A stretch of DNA of 64,000 nt from Octopus sinensis (lineage: Eukaryota): positions 13,144,001 through 13,208,000 of the forward strand of contig NC_043020.1 in the NCBI RefSeq assembly GCF_006345805.1, in the 5' to 3' direction. Below are positions 23,181 to 35,409 of the stretch, piece after piece (the stretch's first letter is position 1; every line of letters begins with the position of its first letter). A model generated the notes under the pieces. The model was not told where the DNA came from. It saw only the letters and a list, made by a program, of their open reading frames with translations, and ran no database searches. The position numbers and the translations under genes were made by a program.

Positions 23181-23376
23181 TCGTCCCCCTAGCATTGCTT
23201 GACAACCAATGCTGGTGTGTTTACGTCCCCGTCACTTAGCGGTTTGGCAAAAGAGACCGATAGAATAAGTACTGGGCTTACAAAGAATAAATCCCGGGGT
23301 CGATTTGATCGACTAAAGGCAGTGCTCCAGCATGGCCGCAGTCAAATGACTGAAACAAGTAAAAGAGAGTAAAGAG
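22980..23376 (+). mobile_element. SINE-A, full length
   Basis: Consensus match with AAAAGAGAGTAAAGAGT tail. Confidence 0.9.
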
Positions 23377-23827
23377 TATTCTGATTATTCTTTCAAGTGT
23401 AATACTTATTCATTCACACTGCTTTTAATTAGTCATATATTATCTTGCGACTTTGAGATTTTAATGATGTGATTGTATATATTTTGAATGACATTGTAGG
23501 AGAGGTGTGGGAAACTGGATTTTGTTGATTTGCACATAAAACCGGTAGAATAATCAGGCTGGATATGGCTGGGTTAATTTTGTTTCTCTTTCTTGCCGAG
23601 TGTCTTCCTGATGCCTAGGGCAAAGAAACTCACTGTATACAATGACGGGCCATTCAACTAAACACACCAGATTGTGCATTTCCAAAATTTAATGTAGTTA
23701 TTCTTTTATGCTTTTATTCTTTTAAATGTTTCAGCGCTATAGCTGTGGCCATGCTGGAGCATGTTAAAAAAAATACATGCTTGATAATCATTCTCACAGC
23801 AACAATGTTGTTCTCAGTATGTGTGAC

Positions 23828-24345
23828 ATACCAGTTAAGTTAATTTTTTGGCTCAAAAAGCAAAAAGCAAGGCCATGTAGGGGGACATGGAGTTATGTTC
23901 GGAGAGGGTGTTTATGCAAAGAGTTCAGGCCATTTCTGGTCAAGAGGGACTTTGAACCGAGCGGTCGTCGGCATCTTCACTATCTCGTCCGGCAGCTTAT
24001 TCCACGGATCCGCAACCCGGACGGAGAAAGCCCCTCTCCTTCGATTGAGATGAAATCGTCGTAGATAGAGCTTTCAGAGTGACCCCGCAGCCGATGCTCT
24101 GGAGCAGGAGTGAAGAACAGCTCTTTCGAGAGGTTACACTTTCCGCTTATGATGTTGTGAGCAAGAATGAAATCACCACGGCATCGTCGTTTTTCTAGAG
24201 AATAAAGATCGAGCGTCTTCAGCCTTTCTTCATAAGACAAATGCTTGAGACCAAGAACCATGCGGGTAGCCAGCTTCTGGACTCTTTCGAGATGCTGTAT
24301 GTCTTTGAGGAGATAAGAAGAGGCTTGAATCCCGTACTCCAATAT
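23828..24345 (-). mobile_element. CR1-type LINE 3' end (C-terminal ORF2 plus 3' UTR, TTAAC tail)
   Basis: KDIQHLERVQKLATRMVLGLKHLSYEERLKTLDLYSLEKRRCRGD is a classic CR1 C-terminal motif. Confidence 0.9.
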
Positions 24346-24504
24346 CCATCTTCTGCACTTCTTGTAGGAATGGTAGGCCAGGGATCATTCTCAAATAATT
24401 TTCAATTTCTCTTCTGATAATTCTTAGTGGTCCTACAATGACTGGTATTGTAACTGTCATAAAATGCTTACCATACCATGTAAAATGTGTAACAGCATTT
24501 CATC

Positions 24505-25724
24505 CGTCTTTTATGTTCTGAATTAAAATTCTGCTGGATTTGACTTTGCCTTTCATCCTTCATGGGGTCGATAAAATAAGTACCAGTCAAGTACTAGGGT
24601 CGATGTAATCTTCTTACCCCATCTCTGACCCTGATGGTCTTGTGCCAAAATTTGAAACTATTATTATTGTTTAACCCTTTAGCGTTCAGATTATTCTGTC
24701 AATTGTAATGCTTATTAACTTATATTGTTTTGAATTAAACATGCATTTTCATGTAGCTTCAAGATTTTGATGATGCAATTGTTTATTTGTAATAATGACA
24801 TTACAGGGTCTGTAGGAGAGGCTGGATCTGGCCAATTTAAACATAAAACAAGTAGAACATTTCAGCCGGATATGGCTGGTTTAAATGCTAAAGGGTTAAG
24901 GCAGGGAGCTGGCAGAATCATTAGCATGCCAGGCAAATTGCTTAGCAGCATTTCATGTGTCTTTACATTCTGAGTTCAGATTCTGCCAAAGTTGACTTTG
25001 CCTTTCATCCTGACAGGGTCGATAAAATAAGTACCAGTTGAACACTGGGGTCAATATAATCAACTTTACTCCTCTTTGTGAAACTGCTGGCCTTGTGTTT
25101 AAATTATTATTATTATTATTAAAGCTTTTATTTTTATTATCATTATTATTAAAGCTTTTATTATTATTATTATTTATTATTATTTTATTATTATTATTTA
25201 TTATTATTATTATTATTTATTATTATTTTTATTATTATTATAATAATAATTATTATTATTATTATTAAAGCTTTTATTATTATTGTTGTTGTTGTTATTA
25301 TTATCATTACTATTATTATTATTATTATTATTATTATAGCTTTTTGCTCTAAGTTCAAATTCCATCATGGTTGACTTTGCCTTTCATCCTTTCGGGGTTG
25401 ATAAATTAAGTAGCAGTGAAACACTGGGGTCGATGTAATCGACTACCCCCAACCCCTAAATTTTAGACCTTGTGCCTTTAGTAGAAAGGATTATTATTAT
25501 TATTATTATTATTATAACAACAGCAACCGCGTGGAATTGTTACTATTCTGGGTGAAATTCTTAGCAATATTTTGACCATCTTTACATTCTGAGTTCAAAT
25601 TCTGCTGAGGTCGCCTTTCATCCTTTTAGGTTTGATAAAAATCGGTATCAGTTAAACACTGGAGTCAATGTAATCAACTTACCCCATCCCCTAAAATTGC
25701 TGGCCTTGTACAAAATTTGAAACC

Positions 25725-25730
<6 letters not shown>
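24505..25730 (+). mobile_element. Cluster of old SINE-B-variant copies separated by (ATT)n tracts
   Basis: Repeated GACTTTGCCTTTCATCC..GATAAAATAAGTACCAG..GGGGTCGATGTAATC with TTGTGCC tail. Confidence 0.75.
24676..24894. mobile_element. MITE-H, full length
   Basis: TTAA|CCCTTTAGCGTTCA ... TAAATGCTAAAGGG|TTAA. Confidence 0.85.
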
Positions 25731-25760
<30 letters not shown>

Positions 25761-25843
25761 TGTTTGAGTTTTGCTTTATATTTGTACAAGTTGGCTCCAA
25801 GTCTCACCCGGAGACCTCAAGAGACAACAGGCTGGAAGTTCAC

Positions 25844-25893
<50 letters not shown>

Positions 25894-26145
25894 GTAGTAG
25901 TAGTAGTCATAGTTGTCATCATCTTAGATTGGTTCACTTGTACTACATTGTGTGGTAACAAGATGTATTAATTCCAACTAATTCTTCATTTTACCATAAT
26001 TAGAATTTTGTAGGAGAAAACTAGTATTTTTTCTTTCTTTTAATGGTAGAATATGATACTGACATTTACAGTATTAAGAAATACTGGAAGATAATGTTAA
26101 GACAATTTAGGTGCTGATACCTCTTTTCTGCCTTGGATTTTGTAC

Positions 26146-26176
<31 letters not shown>

Positions 26177-26229
26177 AAGAAAGAGAACGTGAGGTCTTAT
26201 GATCTCTGATCTCACACATTTTTCTCAAT

Positions 26230-26357
26230 GATTTCACTTTCTGTGAATTTCTCTGTGTGTGTGTGTGTCTGTCTGTCTGTCTATTTGTCTCTGTGTGTGT
26301 GTGTATGTTTGTGAATTTCTGTGTGTGTGTGTGTGTCTGTCTGTCTGTCTATTTGTC

Positions 26358-26388
<31 letters not shown>

Positions 26389-26755
26389 GAATTTCACTGT
26401 GTGTGTGTGTGTATGTGAATTTCACTGTGTGTGTGTGTATGTGAATTTCACTGTGTGTGTATGTATGTGAATTTCACTGTGTGTGTGTGTGTATGTGAAT
26501 TTCACTGTGTGTGTCTGTGTGCCTGTCTGTCTGTCTATTTGTCTCTCTATCTGTGTGTGTGTATGTGTGTGTGTGTCTGTCTATTTGTCTCTCTATCTGT
26601 GTGTGTGTATGTATGTGAATTTCACTGTGTGTGTGTGTATGTGAATTACACTGTGTGTGTGTGTCTGTGTATCTGTCTGTCTGTCTATTTGTCTCTCTAT
26701 CTGTGTGTGCGTATGTATGTGAATTTCACTGTGTGTGTGTGTGTGTGTGTGTGTA
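26230..26755. repeat. Minisatellite (GTGAATTTCACTGTGTGTGTGTAT)n mixed with (GTCT)n
   Basis: About 10 copies of the quasi-palindrome GTGAATTTCAC. Confidence 0.9.
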
Positions 26756-27717
26756 CGCATTCTCAAAACTTCTTAAGATATGCCAAGATTCATTTTAGGA
26801 CAAGAAAACACTTCAGCTCTGACCTGATGAGGGTGACACTACCATTGGAGATCCTTTCCCAGTTTGTGTTGTTAGTTGCTAGTATTTTTTTAATTTTGAT
26901 ATTGCTGCTGTTGCAGGTAAACTTCTCATGTATGAATGAATGAATGACTGTCTTTGTAGAATTCCTAAACTTTAAATGCAGACTGCAGAAAGAGTAGAGC
27001 TAATTTCACCTCTGATGCCACTTAAATATTTCAGTATTAAATTACAGAATAAAATTTATTAATTAATCTCTTCCTACTGACCTATGTTAATTGTAATGAC
27101 AGCACGTCTCTTTTCTTTTCTTTGTGTATATATGATAAGACTTTTAAAGTGTCTTCTATTAACACACACACTCACTCTCACACGTACCAAGTGTTCCACT
27201 GTTAACATTTTAATCTGCTTTGATCCTTTTAGCAAGATTACATTTCTTTTCACTTTTTTCAACAATATTTAGACATTGGTAATTTTCTTTTTTTTTTTCT
27301 GCTTGATAATTTAATTACTTTTTCATTTGTACTAAAAAGTAAAAATAAAATTGAAGTAATAATAAAGTCACTTTTGAAGCAATTTAATTGAAGGAATTTT
27401 TTTAATAACTTGGACCGATTTAAGTTACTTTGTGAAATTAAATCCATTTAACCAACCAGTTACTAAATAACTACACACACACACACACACACACATATAG
27501 TTTAATTGGATTATTTTTGTATTTCATAGTATTTATCTTAAAAGCTGATTCAAGAGTTGAGAGCGATTTATTGACTTAACAAGAGACAGATGCAGTTATT
27601 CATAACTTTTAGCCTAATTTCTCAATATTTTTGACCAATGGCGGTGCCCCAGCATGGCCACAGCTCATAAGCTGAAACTGGAAAAATCAAAATCAAAATC
27701 AAATATTTTGTTTTCTG

Positions 27718-28117
27718 AAAGCGGTGAGCTGGCAGAAATGTTAGCACGCCAGGTAAAATGCTTAGCTGTATTTCATCTGTCTTTACATTCTGAGTTCAAA
27801 TTCCATCAAGGTTGACTTTGCCTTTCATCATTTTGGGGTCTATAAATTAAGTACCAGTTACGCACTGGGGTCGATCTAATCGACTTAAAACCTATGTCTG
27901 TCCTTGTTTGTCCCCTCTATGTTTAGCCCCTTGTGGGTAGTAAAGAAATAGGTATTTCATCTGTCTTTTATGTTCTGAGTTCAAATTCCATCAAGGTTGA
28001 CTTTGCCTTTCATCCTTTTGGGGTCTATAAATTAAGTACTAGTTGCGTACTGGGGTCGATCTAATCGACTGCCCCACTTACCCAAAAATTTCAGGCCGTG
28101 TGCCTAGAGTAGAAAAG
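27718..28117 (+). mobile_element. SINE-B composite: head, body, young tail, duplicated body, old-variant tail
   Basis: 16-bp outer TSD AATATTTTGTTTTCTG at 27702-27717 and 28118-28133. Confidence 0.85.
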
Positions 28118-28278
28118 AATATTTTGTTTTCTGGGTCAGACTGGAGGAATTGAAGCAGTTGTAATCTTCTGTCAGTGAAGGTTGGTATGGTATGGTAGGG
28201 TGGAAGTTCATAGGAGCTGAAGCAGGTGTTGTAGCAGCAAAAAAGACAAAGAGTGGACACAGTCTGTTGGATGTGGTA

Positions 28279-28505
28279 TCGAGCTGGCAGAAATGTTAGC
28301 ACGTCGGGCGAAATGCGTAGCCGTATTTTGTCTGCAGCTACGTTCTGAGTTCAAATTCCGCTGAGGTCAACTTTGCCTTTCATCCTTTCGGGGTCAATAA
28401 ATCAAGTACCAGCTACGCACTGGGGTCGATGTAATCGACTTAATACCTATGTCTGTCCTTGTTTGTCCCCTCTATGTTTAGCCCCTTGTGGGTAGTAAAG
28501 AAATA
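28279..28505 (+). mobile_element. SINE-B monomer
   Basis: GAGCTGGCAGAAATGTTAGCAC..GGGTAGTAAAGAAATA. Confidence 0.9.
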
Positions 28506-28549
28506 GGTATAGAAGTCGGGAGTGAATCATTGTCATTGAGGCAGATATT

Positions 28550-28554
28550 TGGCT

Positions 28555-28586
<32 letters not shown>

Positions 28587-28880
28587 GCAGACAGATAGAC
28601 ATAAAAATGTGAGAGAGAGAGACAGACAGACAGACAGGCATGTATGTGTGAGAGAGAGGGAGAGGCAGACAGATAGACAGAGAAATGAGTGAGAGAGACA
28701 GACAGACAGACAGACAGAGGCATGTATGTGTGTGTGAGAGAGAGAGATAGTGTGTGTGTATAAGAGAAACACAGAAAGAGGTGTGTGTGTGTGTGTGTGA
28801 GAAAGGATGGGTGTGTTCATGTGTATATGTGTGTACATATGTGAGAAAGTGTCAGTGTGTGTGTGTGTGTGTACATCCTC
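28550..28880. repeat. (GA/GACA/GT)n compound repeat
   Basis: Direct reading. Confidence 0.9.
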
Positions 28881-29405
28881 CCACACATGCATACCTCCCC
28901 ACAGTCCAACTTTCTATCAGTGAGAAGTTGTTGAGAGTCAGAAAAGTTGTCACTTTTAAATAATGGAAAAAAAACCCCAAAAAATGTTCAGATGAGTCAC
29001 AGAGTTTGACAGGGAATGGTGGCGTTCACAGTTTACACAGCATGGGAATAATATTCTCAGATAAATCTATGTTCTGAGAATATAGATGCTGGTCAGAATT
29101 CACCATTGCCAAACAACAGCTCCTTTGTAGAACAAAACTGTATATCCATGGTTATAGGAGACGGGTAGGGTGTATGGCTGGGGAGGCAAGTTAAGTCTGT
29201 TTATATTTACCATAATATGGAACAAAGAAATTTTATATAACGATATGGTTTAATTCTGAATCTTATCTTTGCATAATAATGAAAATAATAATAACAACAA
29301 TACTAATAATAATAACAAAAATATTAATAAAAATAATAATGGTTTCTTTATTGTGGCTGCAGTGTTAAATAATAATATAATTTAATTCTAATATCTTATG
29401 TCCAT

Positions 29406-29746
29406 TCGGAGACCCCTTCGGTCACGACACAGACCATGGGATTGTACCTAGAAAGTTACCCTCCTAGACACAAGTCCGGGCGAGGTTGTTTATGGAAGAC
29501 CAGCAGTCGCCCGTGCATACCAGCCTCCCCTCTCCATGCCACCAGTGTTATCCAAGGGAAAGACAAAGGTCGATACAGCTTGGCACCAGTGACGTCGCAA
29601 CTCATTTCTACAGTTGAGTGAACTGGAGCAATGTGAAATAAAGTGCCTTGCTCAAGAACACAACACGCAGCCCGGTCCGGGATTCGAGCTCACAACCTCA
29701 CGATCGTAAGCTCGACGCTCTAACCACTGAGCCATGCGCCTTCACA
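29406..29746 (-). mobile_element. SINE-E, full length (tRNA-like head)
   Basis: Head GAAGGCGCATGGCTCAGTGGTTAGAGCGTCG..GAGCTCGAATCCC; about 10-bp TSD TATGTCCATT. Confidence 0.85.
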
Positions 29747-29779
29747 TATGTCCATTAATAATAATAATAATCCTTTCTA

Positions 29780-29958
29780 CTATAGACACAAGGCCTGAAA
29801 TTTGGGGAAGGGATTAGGTTGATTACCTCGCCTCCAGTGCGTAACTGGTACTTATTTAATTGACCCTCAAAGGATGAAAAGCAAAGTTGACCTTGGCTGA
29901 ATTTGAACCCAGAACGCATTTCGTCCAGCATGCTAACAATTCTCCTAGCTTGCCGCCT
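29780..29958 (-). mobile_element. SINE-B old variant
   Basis: CACAAGGCCTGAAATTTGGGG tail; GGATGAAAAGCAAAGTTGACC. Confidence 0.75.
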
Positions 29959-29960
29959 TA

Positions 29961-30470
29961 TCTATATATATAAAACTCTAGTTGTGTGAGTGTCTGTCTC
30001 CTTCGATTTAGATTCCTAACTCCTCCCACATTTTGCGGTGCAGTTTAACCAAATTCGGGTATCTTATAGTCGTGATTCATATCGAGCCCGTCTGACTATT
30101 AGCGCGCGTCAACGATGAGTCTACGATTTAAAATATTTAATAACATCATTTTTTATTCCATTTTAATGCATAAAATGCATCGTATGTCGATGGCGGCGGA
30201 GTTGGCGTCCACGCTCACAGCTGCACCTGTTTGCTTCTCCCTTCCCTTCCCTCCCTCGTGAAGCTGTGGGGAAGGGAGTGTAAAGAAATCAACGTCGTAA
30301 TGCGTTGTGAAGGAAACCAGCGTTCTTTTAGAACAACGACTTCATGGCTTGAAGACACCAAAAACAAAAATGGCTAAGAAAGCCCGAATTTATAAGGGAA
30401 GTAACTCTCTAAAAATGCTTATATAGTTATTTCCCTTACAAACCCGAGCAATGCCGGGCGATACTGCTAG
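29961..30470 (+). mobile_element. Non-autonomous Helitron, copy 1 (510 bp)
   Basis: A|TC start; 3' hairpin CCCGAGCAATGCCGGG then CTAG end. Confidence 0.85.
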
Positions 30471-30871
30471 TCTTTATATATAAAAGAGAGGTTGTGTGTC
30501 TGTCTCCTACGATTTAGATTCCTAACTACTCCCACATTTTGCGGTGCAGTTTAACCAAATTCGGGCATCTTATAGTCGTGATTCATATCGAGCCCTTCTG
30601 GGTATTAGTGTGCGACAATGATGAGTCTACGATTTAAAAAAAAAATTACCATCATTTTTTTTCCATTTTAATGCATTTTTTTCGCTATTATATAAGGGAA
30701 GTAACTCTCTAAAAATGTCTACGATGAGTCAACGATTTAAAAAAAAAATTACCATAATTTTGTCCCCATTTTTAATGTATATTTTTGCTATTTTTTTGGC
30801 TATAACTCTCTAAAAATGCTTATATAGTTATTTCCCTTACAAACCCGAGCAACGCCGGGCGATACTGCTAG
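30471..30871 (+). mobile_element. Non-autonomous Helitron, copy 2 (401 bp), head-to-tail with copy 1
   Basis: TC start directly after CTAG; hairpin CCCGAGCAACGCCGGG, CTAG|T end. Confidence 0.85.
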
Positions 30872-31004
30872 TTACTAATAATAATAATAATAATAATAAT
30901 GATAATAAACCTTTCTGATATAGGGAGGAAGCATTTGAGAGCTGCTCATGGAAAACCCTCATTTCGTCCAGCATGCTAATGATTCTGCCAGTTACCAGCC
31001 TTAC

Positions 31005-31412
31005 TCTTTTTACTCGTTTCACTCATTTGACTGTGGCCATGCTGGAGCACCACCTTTAGTCTAGCAAATCGACCCCAGAACTTATTCTTTGTAAGCCTAG
31101 TACTTATTCTATCAGTCTCTTTTGCTGAACCGCTAAGTTATGGGGACGTAAACACACCAGCATCGGTTGTCAAGCGATGTTGTGGGGACAAACACAGGCA
31201 CAGAAGCATACACAAACACACCCACCCACACGTATATACATATATATGATGGGCTTCTTTCAGTTTCCGTCTACCAAATCCACTCACAAGGCTTTGGTCG
31301 GCCCGAGGCTATAGTAGAAGACACTTGCCCAAAGTGTCATGCAGTGGGACTGAACCCGGAACCATGTGGTTGGTAAGCAAGCTACTTACCACACAGCCAC
31401 CCCTACACCTAT
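31005..31412 (-). mobile_element. SINE-A, full length
   Basis: Consensus match. Confidence 0.9.
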
Positions 31413-31607
31413 AGGTAATGATAATAAAATGTTGGTTTAATGTTTTATTTTTTTGATTTTGTTTTTAGTGTGGAACAAGCATGTGCAGATCTTGTTGGAC
31501 TCCTGCAAACATTCTTCCATACTTCTGTGAATATAAAGACAAATTCTTGATTGTTTGCTTTATTTATTCACAAGGGCTACTCAGATATGGTGGAAGTGGG
31601 CAGTACC

Positions 31608-32765
31608 AATTTCTTTACTACCCACAAGGGGCTAAAAACAGAGGGGACAAACAAGGACAGACAAACGGATTAAATCGATTACATCGACCCCAGTGCATAA
31701 CTGGTACTTAATTTATCGACCCTGAAAGGATGAAAGGCAAAGTCGACCTCGGCGGAATTTGAACTCACAACGTAACGACAGACGAAATACCTATTTCTAT
31801 TTCTTTACTACCCACAAGGGGCTAAACACAGAGGGGACAAACAAGGACAGACAAACGGATTAAATCGATTACATCGACCTCAGTGCATAACTGGTACTTA
31901 ATTTATCGACCCCGAAAGGATGAAAGGCAAAGTCGACCTCGGCGGAATTTGAAGTCAGAACGTAATGGCAGACAAAATACCTATTTCTTTACTACCCACA
32001 AGGGGCTAAACACAGAGTGGACAAACAAGGACAGACAAAGGGATTAAATTAATTACATCAACCCCAGTGCATAACTGGTACTTAATTTATCGACCCCGAA
32101 AGGATGAAAGGCAAAGTCGACCTCGGCGGAATTTGAAGTCAGAACGTAATGGCAGACGAAATACCTATTTCTTTACTACCCACAAGGGGCTAAACACAGA
32201 GTGGACAAACAAGGACAGACAAAGGGATTAAATTAATTACATCAACCCCAGTGCATAACTGGTACTTAATTTATCGACCCTGAAAGGATGAAAGGCAAAG
32301 TCGACCTCGGCGGAATTTGAACTCACAATGTAATGACAGACGAAATACCTATTTCTATTTCTTTACTACCCACAAGGGGCTAAACACAGAGTGGACAAAC
32401 AAGGACAAACAAAGGGATTAAGTCGATTAGATCGACCCCAGTGCATAACTGGTACTTAATTTACCGACCCCGAAAGGATGAAAGGCAAAGTCGACTTCGG
32501 CGGAATTTGAACCCAGAACATAACGGCAGACGAAATACCTATTTCTTTACTACCCACAAGGGGCTAAACACAGAGTGGACAAACAAACGGATTAAATCGA
32601 TTACATTGACCCCAGTGCATAACTGGTACTTAATTTATCGACCCCGAAAGGATGAAAGGCAAAGTCGACCTCAGCAGAATTTGAACTCAGAACGTAACTG
32701 CAGACGAAATACGGCTCCGCATTTCGCCCGGCGTGCTCACGTTTCTGCCAGCTCGCTGCCTTATC
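31608..32765 (-). mobile_element. SINE-B hexamer (one head plus six about 185-bp body-tail units)
   Basis: Units start at 31611, 31801, 31985, 32169, 32359, 32543; 13-bp TSD AGTGGGCAGTACC at 31595-31607 and 32766-32778. Confidence 0.9.
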
Positions 32766-34484
32766 AGTGGGCAGTACCTTTAACCTTCACGGGCTGGAAA
32801 ATCTGGTAACATAGTGAAGTTATTACAAGATGACAAATTCATCCTGTTACTGGTGACCTTAGCCATATATTTAGTCCTATGATATCTAATATGTTCAATT
32901 TTTGTCAAAAATAAATTTCCATAATGGTGACCTTATATATTTATGATGTCTTATATATTCGGTTTTTGCCAAAATATAAATTTTGATAATGGTTGATAAG
33001 ATTTCAATTTTCTAGATTTCATGTTCGTATAAGTTTCTGTTTCTTTGTAAAACCTCCAAATATAGTTTCCCCTTTTATCTCAGGAGCGTGGGAACTGAAT
33101 AAGAAGTGACTTAGCTGTCTTTGTGACGCTTGGGGTTTTCTCAAGAAACCAAAGAAGGGAATTGTATGAATGCGAATATATTCAGATAGAAATTGGTAAA
33201 CTAAGTCCTGATAAATGTTATAATAATTAATTTTAAGTTTTCGCTATTCGAGAGATTTTTCAAACGTAATCTGTTAAAAAGTTTATCCGTTTAATATAAC
33301 ATGTGCAAAGTTATATAAAAGTAGACATGAGAACAAAAAAAATAGACAGAAGTTGCAGGGCTCTGCTTTTTCTTTCTTTTTTTTTCTTCCTTTTTTTTCC
33401 TTTTTTTTTTATGTTAATCTGTAAAAATTATCTCATACTGGGGTCCATAATAGCGTTTTTGTGCGAGAAATTCCAGCATTTCAAACTCCAGATCTGTCTA
33501 GTTTCTTGGAGTTTTAGAATCTCTTTCGAATGTGTACATCGGTTGTTGTTCATTATTAGAGTTTTTGGCATATTCACTAATAGAGATAAGATATCGGTAA
33601 GGGGAATTCTTGGTTCATTATCTAATTCTTGATCAAAATAAATTCATGGCTGGATTTCCTGTTGTAGTGTTTGATAACAATTTGATAGTCATTTTAGATG
33701 AGTCTGTACAACTGCTATGTAGCCCCACTAGTATCATATTTGATATCTGACACTCAAAGCTTCTCTACATTTAAATATTGATGAAAACACTTTGCCATTT
33801 GTTATTCTGAGTAAAGACATCATAGATAAAGAACTCATCGGGACTTCCTTATTAGTTTTTTTTTCTTCTTCTTCCGGTTTTTCAATAGTTGAAACTCCCA
33901 TTTTCGTAACTAAAATATTCTTGTTAAGAATAATTCGGTTTCATATTGTGGTCCAATATTCGATTGATTCACAATGGCAATTACTGTGAATCTGATTAAA
34001 TTCTAGGCAAACAAAAAAAAAACAACAAAAAAACCCTATCAAATATTCTCTTTTGTCCAGAGTAAAACAATAAAATAACCAACAATGATTGATTGAACCA
34101 ATTCCATGAACTACTTTCTAAATACAACTTTACCAAACTAGTGTTATGTCTAAAATTAGTGGCGTTTATTATATTCTGGTCAGTGAACTTGATGTAATTA
34201 AATCCCTAATTTCTGCAATTAGTGATTCCTGGCATGAATTGATTTGGTTCAAAAGTGAATTTGGAATATTGGAATAAAAATGTATTCCATTAAAAAATAA
34301 CTGAAATGAAAGAAGAATGCTGAAGATAAATATAAAATCCAAGCTTCCTGTTGAAATGGTAAAATGAGATATTGGACAAAACTGCGTAATAGTTCTTTCT
34401 TTATTGGCCACAAAAGCCATGAAGAATATTTGGAATAATACAAAGAATTCTGGGGACATCTAAACAACTGATATTTTTTATCTT

Positions 34485-35400
34485 TTACTTGTTTCAGTCA
34501 TTTGACTTCGGCCATGCTGGGGCACTGCCTTGAAGGGTTTCTAGCACTTTTATTTTTTTTTAAGCCTGGTACTTATTCTGTCAGTCTCTTTTACTAAACT
34601 GCTAAGTTATGGGGATGTAAACACACCAACACTGGTTGTCAAGTGGTGGTGGTGGGACAAACACAGGCATAAAGATATACTCTCTCTCTCTCTCTTTTAC
34701 TCTTTTATTTGTTTCAGTCATTTGATGCGGCCATGCTGGAGCACCGCCTTTAATCGAGCAACTCAACCCCGGGACTTATTCTTTTGTAAGCCTAGTACTT
34801 ATTCTATTGGTCTCTTTTGCCGAACCGCTAAGTAACGAGGACATAAACACACCAGCATCAGTTGTCAAGCAATGCTAGGGGGACAAACACAGACACAAAC
34901 ACACACACGCATACATATATATACATATACACGACGGGCTTCTTTCAGTTTCCGTCTACCAAATCCACTCACAAGGCTTTGGTTGGCCCAAGGCTATAGT
35001 AGAATACACTTGCCCAAGGTGCCACGCAGTGAGACTGAACCCGGAACCATGTGGTTGGTTAGCAAGCTACTTACCACACAGCCACTCCTGCGCCTATACA
35101 TACATACCTTGCTGATGTTGCTGAAATTCCAATGAAGGAGCCTTGGATCTAGGTTAGAAACTGGCTCTTAGTATATTGGCAAGAAATCTTGAAATAAAAC
35201 TGAATAATGACACACACACATACACACATATATTTATTTATTTATATAATGGGTTTCTTTCTGTTTCCATCTACCAAAACCACTTACAAAGGTTTGGTCA
35301 GCCTGAGGCTATAGCTGGAGATACTTGCCCAAGGTGCCATGCAGTGGGACTGAACCGGAACCATGTGGCTGGGAAGCAAGCTTCTTACCACACAACCACA
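34485..35400 (-). mobile_element. Three SINE-A pieces: 3' half 34485-34680, full copy 34695-35096, head 35215-35400
   Basis: Consensus matches. Confidence 0.85.
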
Positions 35401-35409
35401 CCTAACAAT

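Noticed and set aside
23600-23635. Degenerate hammerhead CTGATGC..GAAAC
   Set aside because: Core mismatch and no consistent stems I or III.
33500-34467. AT-rich minus-strand ORFs or exons (34169-34459, 33730-33950)
   Set aside because: Two overlapping frames are open because the strand is T-rich; in-frame stops separate the segments and there is no homology I can recognise.
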